From Lachnospiraceae bacterium (GTDB lineage: Bacteria > Bacillota > Clostridia > Lachnospirales > Lachnospiraceae), in contig JAILEN010000214.1 of assembly GCA_024687655.1 (NCBI GenBank), forward strand, positions 14,523-78,522: DNA of 64,000 bases, in the 5' to 3' direction. A model generated the notes under the pieces. That model was not told the DNA's origin, searched no databases, and saw nothing but the letters and a program-made list of their open reading frames with translations. The translations under genes were made by a program, and so were the position numbers. Numbering within the stretch: the stretch's first letter is position 1; every line of letters begins with the position of its first letter. Shown one piece after another: positions 7,307 through 18,201 of this stretch.

Positions 7307-7337
7307 CGGATTTATTCTGGAAGTCGCCTCTTTTTTA
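7297..7337 (+). terminator. Leader (attenuator) terminator upstream of pyrG
   Basis: AGGCGATTTCCGGA (7297-7310) pairs with TCTGGAAGTCGCCT (7316-7329), about 14 bp including two G-U pairs, with loop TTTAT. C plus six T (7330-7336) follow. It lies 40 nt upstream of the pyrG ATG. Confidence 0.85.
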
Positions 7338-7377
7338 TGCTTAAAGGACCCTGAGGGTCATGGGAAGGAGAGCAAAA

Positions 7378-9054
7378 ATGGGAGAAAAAAACACGAAGTA
7401 TATCTTTGTGACCGGCGGTGTGGTATCGGGTCTCGGAAAGGGGATCACGGCAGCATCACTGGGACGTCTTTTAAAAATGAGGGGCTTAAAGATCGCCTCA
7501 CAGAAGCTGGATCCCTATATGAATGTGGATCCGGGGACCATGAGCCCCTATCAGCACGGTGAAGTCTTTGTGACGGATGACGGAGCGGAGACGGATCTGG
7601 ATCTGGGACACTACGAGCGTTTTATAGATGAGAGCTTAAACCGCTATTCCAATCTTACCAGCGGAAAGGTTTACTGGAACGTTTTAAGCCGCGAGCGCGC
7701 GGGAGAATATCTGGGGGATACAGTACAGGTCATTCCCCATATCACGGACGAGATCAAGCATTTTATTTATATGGGAGCAGAGAGCACCGATGCCGACATT
7801 TTGATCACGGAGATCGGCGGCACCACAGGTGATATCGAAAGCCAGCCCTTTTTGGAGGCCATCCGTCAGGTGAGCCTGGAGGTGGGCAAGGAAAACTGCC
7901 TTTTCATCCACGTGACCCTGGTTCCCTATCTGTCAGGTTCGGAGGAGCACAAGTCAAAGCCTACCCAGCATTCCGTAAAGGAACTCATGTCCCAGGGGAT
8001 CCATCCGGACATTATCGTTCCCAGAGTGGACCGCCCCATGGAGCAGAGCATCCGGGATAAGATAGCACTGTTTTGTAATGTTAAAAAGGATTGCGTCATA
8101 GAAAATGACACAGTAGGCACACTGTATGAGGCACCTCTGATGCTCCATGAGCACGGCCTGGACGAGGTGGTGTGCAGGGAACTGGGCATCTGGTCAGCGA
8201 AGCCGGATATGACCCGCTGGCAGGGTCTTATTAACAGGATTAATGGCCTGTCCCACAGGGTCACCATTGCGATAGTAGGAAAATATGTGGCCCTTCACGA
8301 CGCATACTTATCAGTCAGGGAAGCCCTGTATCACGGAGGTTACGAGAGCGATGCCCATGTGGACATCATGTGGGTGGATTCCGAGACCATCAATGATGAA
8401 AACGTGGCGGATGTCCTTAAGGAGGCAGATGGTATTTTAGTACCGGGAGGCTTCGGAGACAGGGGTATCCTGGGCAAGATCATAGCCTGCAGATACGCCA
8501 GGGAAAATGACATTCCCTACCTGGGGATCTGCCTGGGCATGCAGGTAGCCGTCATAGAATATGCAAGAAACGTATTAAAGATAGCAGACGCCAACAGCCG
8601 TGAGTTTGATCCCAGAGGTGAGCATCTGGTGATCGACCTTATGGAGGATCAGAGAAAGGTGGAGAAAAAGGGCGGCACCATGAGACTGGGAGCCTATCCC
8701 TGCAAGGTGGTGGAAGGAACCATCTTGGACAAGGCATATTTCTCAGAAGAAGAGTCGGTGCGTGAAAGTATCAACGCAGGACATATCACGGACAAGGGTG
8801 AGCGCATCATATCCGAGCGTCACCGCCACCGTTTTGAGTTCAACAATGAATACAGGGACGAGATGATCGAGTCGGGACTGGTAATAAGTGGTACCTCACC
8901 GGATAAAAACATAGTAGAGGTTGTTGAGGAACCGAAGAACCGCTTCCATGTTGGAGTGCAGTTCCATCCCGAGTTTAAGAGCCGTCCCAACCGTGCACAT
9001 CCGCTGTTCAGGGAGTTTATCCGGGCGGCAGTAAAAGGAGATAACAATGATTGA
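7378..9054 (+). CDS. pyrG: CTP synthase
   Basis: [23 protein letters not shown]..., with GATase motifs GICLGMQ and QFHPEF. SD GGAAGGAG lies upstream of ATG 7378. Confidence 0.95.
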   Translation: MGEKNTKYIFVTGGVVSGLGKGITAASLGRLLKMRGLKIASQKLDPYMNVDPGTMSPYQHGEVFVTDDGAETDLDLGHYERFIDESLNRYSNLTSGKVYWNVLSRERAGEYLGDTVQVIPHITDEIKHFIYMGAESTDADILITEIGGTTGDIESQPFLEAIRQVSLEVGKENCLFIHVTLVPYLSGSEEHKSKPTQHSVKELMSQGIHPDIIVPRVDRPMEQSIRDKIALFCNVKKDCVIENDTVGTLYEAPLMLHEHGLDEVVCRELGIWSAKPDMTRWQGLINRINGLSHRVTIAIVGKYVALHDAYLSVREALYHGGYESDAHVDIMWVDSETINDENVADVLKEADGILVPGGFGDRGILGKIIACRYARENDIPYLGICLGMQVAVIEYARNVLKIADANSREFDPRGEHLVIDLMEDQRKVEKKGGTMRLGAYPCKVVEGTILDKAYFSEEESVRESINAGHITDKGERIISERHRHRFEFNNEYRDEMIESGLVISGTSPDKNIVEVVEEPKNRFHVGVQFHPEFKSRPNRAHPLFREFIRAAVKGDNND

Positions 9055-12000
9055 GGAAAAGAACGCAAAAAGAGCAGGGCTTTATGATCCGTCATTTGAG
9101 CACGACGCCTGCGGTATAGGTGCCGTGGTAAATATTAAGGGAAAGAAGTCTTATCAGACAGTATCCGATGCTTTGTCTATCGTAGAAAACCTTGAGCATC
9201 GTGCGGGAAAGGACGCTACCGGGGAGACCGGTGACGGCGTGGGTATCCTACTACAGATATCTCATAAGTTTTTCAAAAAAGCCACTGCAAAAGCCGGCAT
9301 ATCTATAAAGGATGAGCAGGACTATGGTATCGGCATGTTCTTTTTCCCTCAGAATGAGAGAGACAGGAACCGCGCCAAGAAGATGTTTGAGATAATCACG
9401 GAAAAAGAGGGACTTAAGTTTTTAGGCTGGCGTGAGGTCCCCGTGGCGGAAAACGTGCTGGGAAGCCGTGCCAGAGAATGCATGCCCTCCATAGTCCAGG
9501 GCTTTGTGGAGAGGCCCTCCGACGTGGAAAAGGGTCTGGACTTTGACCGTAAGCTCTATGTTTTAAGGCGCCTGTTTGAGCAGACCAATGATGAAAATAC
9601 CTATGTGGCATCCCTTTCTTCCCGTACCATCGTGTATAAGGGAATGTTTTTGGTGGGACAGCTCCGCACCTTCTATAATGACCTGACGGACCCGGATTAT
9701 GAGGCGGCCATCGCTCTGGTGCACAGCCGTTTTTCCACCAATACCACACCCAGCTGGGAGCGCGCACATCCCTACAGGCTCATCGTTCACAACGGTGAGA
9801 TCAATACAATAAAGGGTAATGCGGACAAGATGATCGCCCGTGAGGAGACCCTTTCCTCGCCCTATCTGGAAAATGACATGGCAAAGATCCTGCCGGCCAT
9901 CTCCGCATCGGGATCCGATTCAGCCATGCTGGATAACACCCTTGAGTTTTTGATGATGAACGGCATGGAGCTTCCTCTGGCCATGATGATCACTGTCCCC
10001 GAGCCCTGGTCGAAAAACAATGCCATGGACCCGGCCCGCAGGGATTTTTACGAGTATTACGCCACCATGATGGAGCCCTGGGACGGCCCCGCATCCATCC
10101 TGTTTTCCGATGGAGATATCATGGGTGCCATTCTTGACAGAAACGGCCTGCGGCCCTCCAGATATTACGTTACCACAGATGATAACCTCATCCTTTCATC
10201 AGAGGTGGGCGTCCTTCCCATTCCCGAAGAGAATATCGTTAAAAAGGACAGGATGAAGCCCGGCAAGATGCTTTTGGTGGATACAGTAGAGGGCAAGCTT
10301 GTCGAGGATGATGAGCTAAAGCATCGCTTCACCTCCCGCAATCCATATGGCCAGTGGCTGGACCAGAACCTGGTGAATTTAAGCGAGCTTCATATCCCCA
10401 ATATCAAGGTTGAGGAATATGATGAAAAGACACGCCTGAGCCTCCAGAAGGCCTTTGGCTATTCCTATGAGGACGTAAAGGAGACCATCCTTCCCATGGC
10501 CCGTGACGGTTCCGAGGCAATAGGCGCCATGGGGCTTGACGTGCCTCTGGCAGCCCTTCAAAAGGATGCTCATCTGCCACTTTTCGACTATTTCAAGCAG
10601 AGATTTGCCCAGGTTACGAATCCCCCCATAGATTCCATCAGGGAGGATGTCGTGACGGCTACCACCATATTTTTGGGAACTGCCGGGAATGTGCTTAACG
10701 AGGATGAGAAAAACTGTCACTGCCTGCGCATCAACAATCCAATCCTTACCAACACCGACCTTTTGAAGATAAAGAGCATTACGGCAGAGGGCTTCAAGCC
10801 CGTCACCATACCTATCATATACTACAAGAACACTTCACTGAAAAAAGCAGTGGAGCACCTTTTCGTAGAGGCCGACAGGGCCCATAAGGACGGCGCCAAC
10901 ATACTGATACTGTCCGATCGCGGCGTAGATGAAAACCACGTGGCGATCCCCTCCCTTCTTGCAGTATCGGCGCTCCAGCACCATTTGGTGGTCACCAAAA
11001 AGCGCACCCAGCTTTCTGTGATCATCGAAAGCGGAGAACCCAGAAGCGTTCACCACTTTGCCACGCTTCTGGGCTATGGTGCATCCGCTGTATGTCCCTA
11101 TCTGGCACTGGATAGCATCCACGAGCTCATTGATAACGGGCTTTTGGACAAGGACTACTATGCAGCGGTTGATGACTACAACAATTCCGTCATCACGGGC
11201 ATTATAAAGATCGCTTCAAAAATGGGTATTTCCACCATCCAGTCTTATCAGGGTGCCAAGATATTTGAGTGTATCGGTATCCATCCGGATGTGGTAAACA
11301 CCTATTTTGAGGGCACATTAAGCCGTATCGGCGGCATCAGTCTTTCTGATATCGAAAAGGATGTGGAGACCCTTCACGACAAGGCCTTTGATCCCCTGGG
11401 ACTGTCCGTTGATGAGACACTGGGTTCTGCCGGTGATCACAAGCTTCGTGCAAAAGGAGAGCGGCATCTGTATACTCCCGAGACCATCCATCTTTTGCAG
11501 CACTCTACCCGTACCGGGGACTATGGACTGTTTAAAGAGTTTACAAAGCGGGTGAATGATGAGAACCGGCCCTATGCTCTCCGCGGCCTTTTGGAGTTTG
11601 TTCCTCCTGAAAAGGGTATATCCGTAGACGAGGTGGAGTCAGTGGATTCCATTGTAAAGAGGTTTAAGACAGGAGCCATGTCCTACGGTTCCATTTCACA
11701 GGAGGCCCATGAGACCCTTGCTGTGGCCATGAATTCACTTCACGGCAAGTCGAATACCGGTGAGGGAGGAGAGTCTGACGACAGGCTGGGTGACCCGAAG
11801 CGCTGCTCAGCCATCAAGCAGGTGGCGTCCGGACGTTTTGGAGTCACCTCAAAGTATCTGGTATCCGCTCAGGAACTACAGATCAAGATGGCCCAGGGAG
11901 CCAAGCCCGGTGAGGGCGGACATCTCCCCGGTAAAAAGGTATATCCCTGGATAGCTAAGACCAGGCTTTCAACCCCCGGCGTATCCCTGATATCACCGCC

Positions 12001-13576
12001 GCCTCATCACGACATCTATTCCATCGAGGATCTGGCGGAGCTAATTTATGATCTTAAAAATGCCAATAAAAACGCACGTATATCCGTAAAGCTGGTTTCT
12101 GAAGCCGGCGTGGGAACTGTTGCAAGCGGTGTGGCCAAGGCAGGCGCACAGGTGATCCTCATCTCCGGTTATGACGGAGGTACGGGAGCTGCTCCGGTCA
12201 CCTCCATACATAATGCGGGACTGCCCTGGGAGCTGGGACTGGCAGAGACGCATCAGACCCTTATCAGAAACGGACTGAGAAACCGTGTGATAATAGAAAC
12301 GGACGGAAAGCTGTTATCAGGCCGTGACGTGGCCATAGCAGCCATCCTGGGAGCCGAGGAGTTTGGCTTTGCCACTGGCCCCCTTGTGACCATGGGCTGC
12401 GTGATGATGAGAGTATGTAACAAGGACACCTGTCCCGTAGGAGTAGCCACCCAGAATCCCGAGCTTCGCAAGCGGTTTGCAGGAAAACCGGAGTACGTGG
12501 TAAACTTCATGCGTTTTGTAGCAGAGGAGCTGCGTGAGTATATGGCCATGCTGGGTGTACGCACAGTGGACGAGCTGGTGGGCAGGACAGACCTGATCCG
12601 TGTCAGGGAAAATGCTTCCCTGGATCTGTCCCAGGTGATCTGCGGCGGCTTTGAGGGCGAGATCAGAGATGAAAGCGCCACGATCTACGACAAGAAGGAT
12701 GTGTATGATTTCAAGCTGGCCAGGACCTTGGATGAAAGAACACTGATTAAGAAGCTGGATCCTGCCAAGAACGGTGCGGCCGGCGGCAGTGTATCCTGCG
12801 ATGTGACCAATAACGATAGAGCTTTCGGAACCCTTTTGGGTGCAGAGATAACCAGAAGCTGCGGAGACGACCTTCCGGAGGATACCTATAAAGTATCCAG
12901 CCGGGGTGCAGGCGGCCAGTCCTTTGGAGCATTCATCCCCAAGGGCCTTACCATAAGCCTCATCGGTGACAGTAACGACTATTTCGGCAAGGGCTTATCC
13001 GGCGGAAAGCTTATCATTGCTCCCGCAAAGGAAGCTGCCTACGAGGCCGACAAAAATATCATAATCGGAAACGTGGCGCTCTACGGAGCCACCTCGGGCA
13101 CAGCCTATATCAGCGGTGTGGCCGGAGAGAGATTTGCGGTCAGAAACTCCGGAGCTACAGCAGTGGTAGAGGGTTGCGGAGATCATGGCTGCGAGTACAT
13201 GACAGGAGGCCGGGTGGCCATCCTGGGTGAAGTGGGCAAGAACTTTGCCGCAGGTATGAGCGGTGGAATCGCCTATGTTTTGGATCCCGACGATTCCCTG
13301 TACAAGAGGCTTAACAAGGCCATGGTTTCTCTTGAGCCAGTAACCGACAAATACGATGTTCAGGAGCTTAAGACCCTGATAGAAGGGCATGTGGCCGCCA
13401 CAGGTTCCAAAAAGGGTGCCGAGATCCTTAAAGGTTTTGCGGATTACCTGAAGCACTTTAAAAAGGTCATCCCTCATGATTACAAGAAGATGATAGAGAT
13501 GGTGGCACAGATGGAAAAGAAGGGTCTCTCACATGAGCAGGCCGAGATCGAAGCCTTTGAGCTTCTGACAAAGTGA
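9047..13576 (+). CDS. gltB: Glutamate synthase large subunit
   Basis: 1509 aa. It has the N-terminal Ntn amidotransferase start ...[12 protein letters not shown]/Fe-S central domains, and a C-terminal GXGXG beta-helix ([10 protein letters not shown]...). It overlaps pyrG by 8 nt. Confidence 0.95.
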   Translation: MIEEKNAKRAGLYDPSFEHDACGIGAVVNIKGKKSYQTVSDALSIVENLEHRAGKDATGETGDGVGILLQISHKFFKKATAKAGISIKDEQDYGIGMFFFPQNERDRNRAKKMFEIITEKEGLKFLGWREVPVAENVLGSRARECMPSIVQGFVERPSDVEKGLDFDRKLYVLRRLFEQTNDENTYVASLSSRTIVYKGMFLVGQLRTFYNDLTDPDYEAAIALVHSRFSTNTTPSWERAHPYRLIVHNGEINTIKGNADKMIAREETLSSPYLENDMAKILPAISASGSDSAMLDNTLEFLMMNGMELPLAMMITVPEPWSKNNAMDPARRDFYEYYATMMEPWDGPASILFSDGDIMGAILDRNGLRPSRYYVTTDDNLILSSEVGVLPIPEENIVKKDRMKPGKMLLVDTVEGKLVEDDELKHRFTSRNPYGQWLDQNLVNLSELHIPNIKVEEYDEKTRLSLQKAFGYSYEDVKETILPMARDGSEAIGAMGLDVPLAALQKDAHLPLFDYFKQRFAQVTNPPIDSIREDVVTATTIFLGTAGNVLNEDEKNCHCLRINNPILTNTDLLKIKSITAEGFKPVTIPIIYYKNTSLKKAVEHLFVEADRAHKDGANILILSDRGVDENHVAIPSLLAVSALQHHLVVTKKRTQLSVIIESGEPRSVHHFATLLGYGASAVCPYLALDSIHELIDNGLLDKDYYAAVDDYNNSVITGIIKIASKMGISTIQSYQGAKIFECIGIHPDVVNTYFEGTLSRIGGISLSDIEKDVETLHDKAFDPLGLSVDETLGSAGDHKLRAKGERHLYTPETIHLLQHSTRTGDYGLFKEFTKRVNDENRPYALRGLLEFVPPEKGISVDEVESVDSIVKRFKTGAMSYGSISQEAHETLAVAMNSLHGKSNTGEGGESDDRLGDPKRCSAIKQVASGRFGVTSKYLVSAQELQIKMAQGAKPGEGGHLPGKKVYPWIAKTRLSTPGVSLISPPPHHDIYSIEDLAELIYDLKNANKNARISVKLVSEAGVGTVASGVAKAGAQVILISGYDGGTGAAPVTSIHNAGLPWELGLAETHQTLIRNGLRNRVIIETDGKLLSGRDVAIAAILGAEEFGFATGPLVTMGCVMMRVCNKDTCPVGVATQNPELRKRFAGKPEYVVNFMRFVAEELREYMAMLGVRTVDELVGRTDLIRVRENASLDLSQVICGGFEGEIRDESATIYDKKDVYDFKLARTLDERTLIKKLDPAKNGAAGGSVSCDVTNNDRAFGTLLGAEITRSCGDDLPEDTYKVSSRGAGGQSFGAFIPKGLTISLIGDSNDYFGKGLSGGKLIIAPAKEAAYEADKNIIIGNVALYGATSGTAYISGVAGERFAVRNSGATAVVEGCGDHGCEYMTGGRVAILGEVGKNFAAGMSGGIAYVLDPDDSLYKRLNKAMVSLEPVTDKYDVQELKTLIEGHVAATGSKKGAEILKGFADYLKHFKKVIPHDYKKMIEMVAQMEKKGLSHEQAEIEAFELLTK

Positions 13577-13585
13577 GGTACCGGT

Positions 13586-15103
13586 ATGGGAAAAGCAACA
13601 GGATTTTTAGAATATGAAAGAGTGGAATCAAAGGCAGTGCCGCCTCTGGAGAGGATAAACGGCTGGAATGAATTCCACATCATGCTAAGCCAAAAGGAAC
13701 AGACAAAGCAGGGCGCCAGATGCATGGACTGTGGCGTGCCCTTCTGCCAGTACGGTGAAGCCATAAGCGGCATGACCAGCGGCTGTCCCCTTCACAATCT
13801 GATCCCCGAGTGGAATGATATGGTATGCAGGGGAAATTACGAACAGGCCTATCCCAGGCTTAAAAGGACCAGCAACTTTCCTGAGTTTACCTGTCGTGTA
13901 TGTCCGGCACTTTGTGAAAAGGCCTGCACCTGCGGCCTGTATGACGAGCCAGTATCCACACGGGAAAACGAGAGAGCCATAATAGAGTATGCATATGAAA
14001 ACGGTCTGGCAAAGGCAGAGCCTCCGAAGACCAGGACAAAAAAGAAGGTGGCGGTGATAGGCTCCGGCCCCGCCGGCCTGGCCGTGGCTGACGATCTGAA
14101 CCGTCGCGGTCATTTGGTTACCGTATATGAGAGAAATGACAGGGTGGGAGGTCTTTTGCGATACGGCATCCCCAACATGAAGCTGGAAAAGTGGGTCATT
14201 GACCGGAAGCTTGAGATAATGGCACAGGAGGGCATAGAGTTTGTGACGAACACCGATATTGGTAAGGATATCAAGGCTTCGGACCTGTTAAAGGACTATG
14301 ATGCCGTGGTGGTGGCAACCGGTACTCCAAACCCCAGGAACATCGAGGCTCCCGGAAGGGATGCGCAGGGGATCTATTTTGCAGTGGATTATCTGACAGA
14401 CGCCACCAGGCAGCTTTATGAGGAAAAGCTGGTGGAGGATAAATTCCATGTGGATGGGGACAAGCCTGCTTCACAGAAGCTTTCCGCCAAAGATAAGGAT
14501 GTGATCGTAATTGGCGGAGGCGATACAGGAAATGACTGCGTGGGAACGGCCATCCGTCAGGGCGCAAGGAGCGTGACCCAGCTGGAGATGATGCCACAGC
14601 CTCCTGTTAGCAGACGTGACAGTAATCCATGGCCGCAGTGGCCGCTGGTTTTAAAAACGGACTACGGTCAGGAGGAAGCCATTGCCGTGTTCGGGGCAGA
14701 TCCCCGGATCTATCAGACCACGGTAAAAGAGTTTAAAAAGGATAAAAAAGGAAATGTGAAGTCCGCAGTTTTGGTATCCCTTGAGTCAAAGACAGACGAG
14801 GCTACGGGACGGCGGATGATGGTGCCGGTGGAGGGCAGCGAGCGTGAGGTAAAGGCATCTTTGGTCCTCATAGCCGCAGGTTTTCTGGGGTCCGATAAAA
14901 AGCTGGCGGATGCTTTTGGCGTGACCCTGGACGGACGCACCAATTTTGAGGGAATAAAAGGAACACATAAGACGTCGGGAGATAAGATATTCACTGCAGG
15001 GGATGCCCACACGGGACAGTCACTGGTGGTCAAGGCCATTGCGGACGGCAAAGCCTGCGCCCGGGAAATTGATGAGTTTTTGATGGGATATTCCAATCTG
15101 TAA
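13586..15103 (+). CDS. gltD: Glutamate synthase small subunit (NAD(P)H-dependent)
   Basis: Cys clusters (CMDCGVPFC, CPLHN), the dinucleotide fold VAVIGSGPAGLA, and 505 aa. It starts 9 nt after gltB. Confidence 0.9.
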   Translation: MGKATGFLEYERVESKAVPPLERINGWNEFHIMLSQKEQTKQGARCMDCGVPFCQYGEAISGMTSGCPLHNLIPEWNDMVCRGNYEQAYPRLKRTSNFPEFTCRVCPALCEKACTCGLYDEPVSTRENERAIIEYAYENGLAKAEPPKTRTKKKVAVIGSGPAGLAVADDLNRRGHLVTVYERNDRVGGLLRYGIPNMKLEKWVIDRKLEIMAQEGIEFVTNTDIGKDIKASDLLKDYDAVVVATGTPNPRNIEAPGRDAQGIYFAVDYLTDATRQLYEEKLVEDKFHVDGDKPASQKLSAKDKDVIVIGGGDTGNDCVGTAIRQGARSVTQLEMMPQPPVSRRDSNPWPQWPLVLKTDYGQEEAIAVFGADPRIYQTTVKEFKKDKKGNVKSAVLVSLESKTDEATGRRMMVPVEGSEREVKASLVLIAAGFLGSDKKLADAFGVTLDGRTNFEGIKGTHKTSGDKIFTAGDAHTGQSLVVKAIADGKACAREIDEFLMGYSNL

Positions 15104-15152
15104 TGGTATAATGGTTCAGACGTGGACCAATCAGTACTAACGGAGGTTTATT

Positions 15153-16403
15153 ATGACTGACATAACCATAGATGAAGTAATGGAGTTCATTGAGGAAAAC
15201 GATGTGAAGTTCATCCGCCTTGCATTCTGTGATTACTACGGAGATCAGAAGAATGTGTCGGTTATGCCTGATGAGCTTAAAAAGGCTGCCGAGCGAGGGG
15301 AGCCCTTTGACTCCTTCAGGATAGCGGGCTTTGATGATCACGACAATCAGGATCTGTTTTTGCGCCCTGATCTGTCCACCATGTGTATTTTGCCCTGGAG
15401 ACCCCAGGAGGGCAGGGTGCTCAGGTTTTATTGTGACGTCATCAAGTCAGATGGCTCCTGCTATGAGCTGGATCCCAGAAAGCTTTTAAAGGAGGCGGTA
15501 AATGACTGCAAGCGTCTGGGCTTCAAGCCCCGTATCGGTCTCAACTCCGAGTTTTACCTCTTCCGTACTGATGACGAAGATAATCCCACGGATGTGCCCT
15601 GGGACAACGGTTCCTGCTATGATATCGCCCCTAAGGATCGTGGAGAAAACATCCGCCGTGATATCTGCCTTACCATGGAGGAGATGGGGATCCGTCCTGA
15701 GAAATCCTACCATGAAAACGGCCCGGGCCAGAATGAGATCGATTTTGAAGAGGATTCCGCACTGCATACCGCGGATAACTTTATCACTTATAAAAATGTA
15801 GTGGGTGCTGTATCTGCCAGAAACGGTATCTATGCATCCTTTGCACCGAAGCCCCTGCCGGATGAGAGCGGTAACGGACTCCATATCAAGATGTCCCTTT
15901 TTGACGGGGGAGTCAACATCATCGACAAGGATCCGGATACGGCGGAAAGCTTTACCGCAGGCGTATTGAACCGTATGCGTGATATAACCGTTTTTTTGAA
16001 CACCCAGTCATCTTCCTATGACCGTTTCGGTCAGGGGGAGGCGCCGAAGCATATCACATGGTCCATGCAAAACCGTTCCAGGCTTTTACGTATCCCGGTG
16101 GTAAACGGCAAGAGGGCGGGCTTTATCCTGCGTTCCCCCGACTCCGGCATCAATCCGTATCTGGCCTTTACCGTGCTTATACGTGCCGGGCTGGCCGGGA
16201 TCAAAAACAAAGAGAAGCTTCCCTCACCGGTGGACAAGTCATGGCGCCGCCTGACAGAGGATGAAAAGGCCTCATATCAGAAGCTTCCCATGTCATTGGA
16301 GGAGGCCATTGACTGTGCCAAAAACAGTGAGTTTTTAAACAACGACGACTCCCTTCGTGACATAGTGGAGCGTTTTCTTTCGGTGCTGTCATCCCGTTCT
16401 TAG
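15153..16403 (+). CDS. glnA: Glutamine synthetase, type I-like (short, 416 aa)
   Basis: An N-terminal beta-grasp (VKFIRLAFCDYYG) and catalytic-domain motifs YHENGPGQNEIDF, FAPKPL..GNGLHIKMSLF and LRIP. Confidence 0.8.
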   Translation: MTDITIDEVMEFIEENDVKFIRLAFCDYYGDQKNVSVMPDELKKAAERGEPFDSFRIAGFDDHDNQDLFLRPDLSTMCILPWRPQEGRVLRFYCDVIKSDGSCYELDPRKLLKEAVNDCKRLGFKPRIGLNSEFYLFRTDDEDNPTDVPWDNGSCYDIAPKDRGENIRRDICLTMEEMGIRPEKSYHENGPGQNEIDFEEDSALHTADNFITYKNVVGAVSARNGIYASFAPKPLPDESGNGLHIKMSLFDGGVNIIDKDPDTAESFTAGVLNRMRDITVFLNTQSSSYDRFGQGEAPKHITWSMQNRSRLLRIPVVNGKRAGFILRSPDSGINPYLAFTVLIRAGLAGIKNKEKLPSPVDKSWRRLTEDEKASYQKLPMSLEEAIDCAKNSEFLNNDDSLRDIVERFLSVLSSRS

Positions 16404-16430
16404 ACTACTTAGTTTTACCCGTTATATCCC

Positions 16431-16480
16431 GCTCAGTGACAGCCTACAACTCCTGTCACTCTGAGCGAAGCGAAGAGTCT
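16431..16480 (+). repeat. Dispersed hairpin repeat, copy 3, preceded by a partial inverted copy
   Basis: The unit is TGTCACTCTGAGCGAAGCGAAGAGTCT (16454-16480), with internal stem ACTCT/AGAGT. GCTCAGTGACAG (16431-16442) pairs with CTGTCACTCTGAGC (16453-16466). Confidence 0.55.
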
Positions 16481-16534
16481 TTTACCTAACGTACAATGAT
16501 TTTGATCAATGGTGATCGTATAAAGGAGACATAG

Positions 16535-17101
16535 ATGGAGCAGGTGCTTTTAGTCTGCGATTCTGAAAAAGCCACGGAATTCTGCCGGGACGTCCTGAAA
16601 AAGCAGGGCTACCCGGATGTTTTCGTGTGCAAAAACGGACCGGAAGCCAAGCGCCGCCTTTTGGAGTTCGATTACGATTTCACGCTGATAAACGCCCCCC
16701 TTCGCATGGAATCTTCCGAGGGAGTGGCCATAGACATAGCGGAAAAAAACGTAAGCCAGGTCATCCTTCTGGTAAATGGCGAGCATTTTGACGAGGTTCA
16801 CGCCCATACCAGGGATTATGGAGTTATCACCGTAACGAAACCCATACATGCAAGAGACATGGCAATGGCCATAGATTTTTCGCATATTGCACAAAGTCGC
16901 ATCAAAATGTTGATGCAGGAGAACAAAAAGTTACAAAAAAAGATGAATGAGTTAAAATTTATTAACCATGCGAAGATTCTTTTGGTACAATATGAAGAGC
17001 TGACGGAGGAAGAGGCCCACAAGAAGATAGAGCGGCAGGCCATGGATGAGCGCAAGAGCCGTGTGTTGGTTTCAAAGGAGATAATAGACAAATATGAATA
17101 A
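16535..17101 (+). CDS. ANTAR-domain RNA-binding antiterminator with a pseudo-receiver domain
   Basis: The C-terminus KFINHAKILLVQYEELTEEEAHKKIERQAMDERKSRVLVSKEII matches the ANTAR three-helix pattern. The N-terminus is a CheY-like fold, but the position aligned to the phospho-Asp reads LINAPL (Asn). Confidence 0.8.
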   Translation: MEQVLLVCDSEKATEFCRDVLKKQGYPDVFVCKNGPEAKRRLLEFDYDFTLINAPLRMESSEGVAIDIAEKNVSQVILLVNGEHFDEVHAHTRDYGVITVTKPIHARDMAMAIDFSHIAQSRIKMLMQENKKLQKKMNELKFINHAKILLVQYEELTEEEAHKKIERQAMDERKSRVLVSKEIIDKYE

Positions 17102-18200
17102 AAAGCTGATAACAAGTGACGGTGATGTTTACGTCGGTACCGGCTTTGGAGCGGACCGGGAGGTGGTTTGCGAGCTGGTGTTTAACACATCAATGGCAGG
17201 CTATCAGGAAATAGTTTCCGATCCTTCTTATACAGATCAGGCAGTGGTCATGACCTATCCCCTCATCGGCAATTACGGGATGACCGATGACGATGATGAG
17301 AGCAAGGTGCCCTCCATCGGCGGGATGATAGTCAGGGACTACAACGATGCCCCTTCCAATTTCCGTTATACCAAGACCCTTTCGGAGGTTTTGGAGGAAA
17401 ACGGCATCCCCGGTATATCGGGTATAGATACCAGGATGCTCACCAAGAGCATCAGGGATATCGGCAGTCGTCGCGCCATCATCACCGACGCTGACACTAC
17501 GGTTGAGGAGGCCATTAAAAAGATAAATGACACTCCCGTTCCCCACGATGCTGTCTCCCGTGTCAGCTGTAAAAAGCGTTTTTATTCCAGGACCCCTGAT
17601 CCCAAGTACAATGTGGTAGTCATAGACTGCGGGGTCAAGCTTAATATCATACGAAGCCTTAATGATGCTCACTGCAATGTGACTGTCGTTCCTTACGACA
17701 CTCCTGCAGAGGAGATTTTTTTTATGAAGCCGGATGGAGTGCTTTTGTCAAACGGCCCCGGAGATCCCGAGGATGTTTTGCCTGTTATCGAAACGGCTAA
17801 GAATCTCATCGGAAACATACCGATCTTCGGCATCTGTCTGGGACACCAGATACTTTCCATTGCCTACGGCGCATCTACCTATAAGCTTAAATTCGGTCAC
17901 AGGGGCGGCAACCACCCCGTCATGGACCTTCGTACCCAAAAGATCGACATTACATCACAAAACCACAGCTATGCCGTGGACGAAAGGTCCCTGGAGGGCA
18001 CAAAGCTTCGCGTATCCCATAAGAACCTTTTGGATGATACGGTGGAGGGTGTGTTCTGCCGCGAGGATCTGGCTTTTGGGGTACAGTACCATCCCGAAGC
18101 GGCTCCGGGTCCCGAGGACAGCGGCTATCTTTTCGAGAGATTTATTGATAATATCGAAACCTTTAAGACCATGAGACTGATGACAAACAGGAGAAGATAA
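17094..18200 (+). CDS. carA: Carbamoyl-phosphate synthase small (glutaminase) subunit
   Basis: GYQEIVSDPSYTDQAVVMTYPLIGNYG, and a GATase triad region GICLGHQ...QYHPEA. It overlaps the ANTAR gene by 8 nt. Confidence 0.95.
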   Translation: MNKKLITSDGDVYVGTGFGADREVVCELVFNTSMAGYQEIVSDPSYTDQAVVMTYPLIGNYGMTDDDDESKVPSIGGMIVRDYNDAPSNFRYTKTLSEVLEENGIPGISGIDTRMLTKSIRDIGSRRAIITDADTTVEEAIKKINDTPVPHDAVSRVSCKKRFYSRTPDPKYNVVVIDCGVKLNIIRSLNDAHCNVTVVPYDTPAEEIFFMKPDGVLLSNGPGDPEDVLPVIETAKNLIGNIPIFGICLGHQILSIAYGASTYKLKFGHRGGNHPVMDLRTQKIDITSQNHSYAVDERSLEGTKLRVSHKNLLDDTVEGVFCREDLAFGVQYHPEAAPGPEDSGYLFERFIDNIETFKTMRLMTNRRR

Positions 18201-18201
18201 T

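Noticed and set aside
7279-7337. Bacillus-type pyrG control by CTP-sensitive reiterative transcription
   Set aside because: As I recall it, that mechanism needs an initially transcribed GGGC-type sequence whose poly-G extension pairs with a C/U-rich terminator strand. The region after the putative -10 reads TCTGTGTAGAG and has no such start, so the attenuator probably works differently.
15153-16403. The short GlnA might be a catalytically dead GS-like regulator, because GNGLHIKMS differs from the E. coli GSGMHCHMS motif
   Set aside because: Bacillus-type GS also lacks the second His at that position (as I recall, ...GSGMHCNLS). The other catalytic motifs are present, so there are no grounds from sequence alone to call it inactive.
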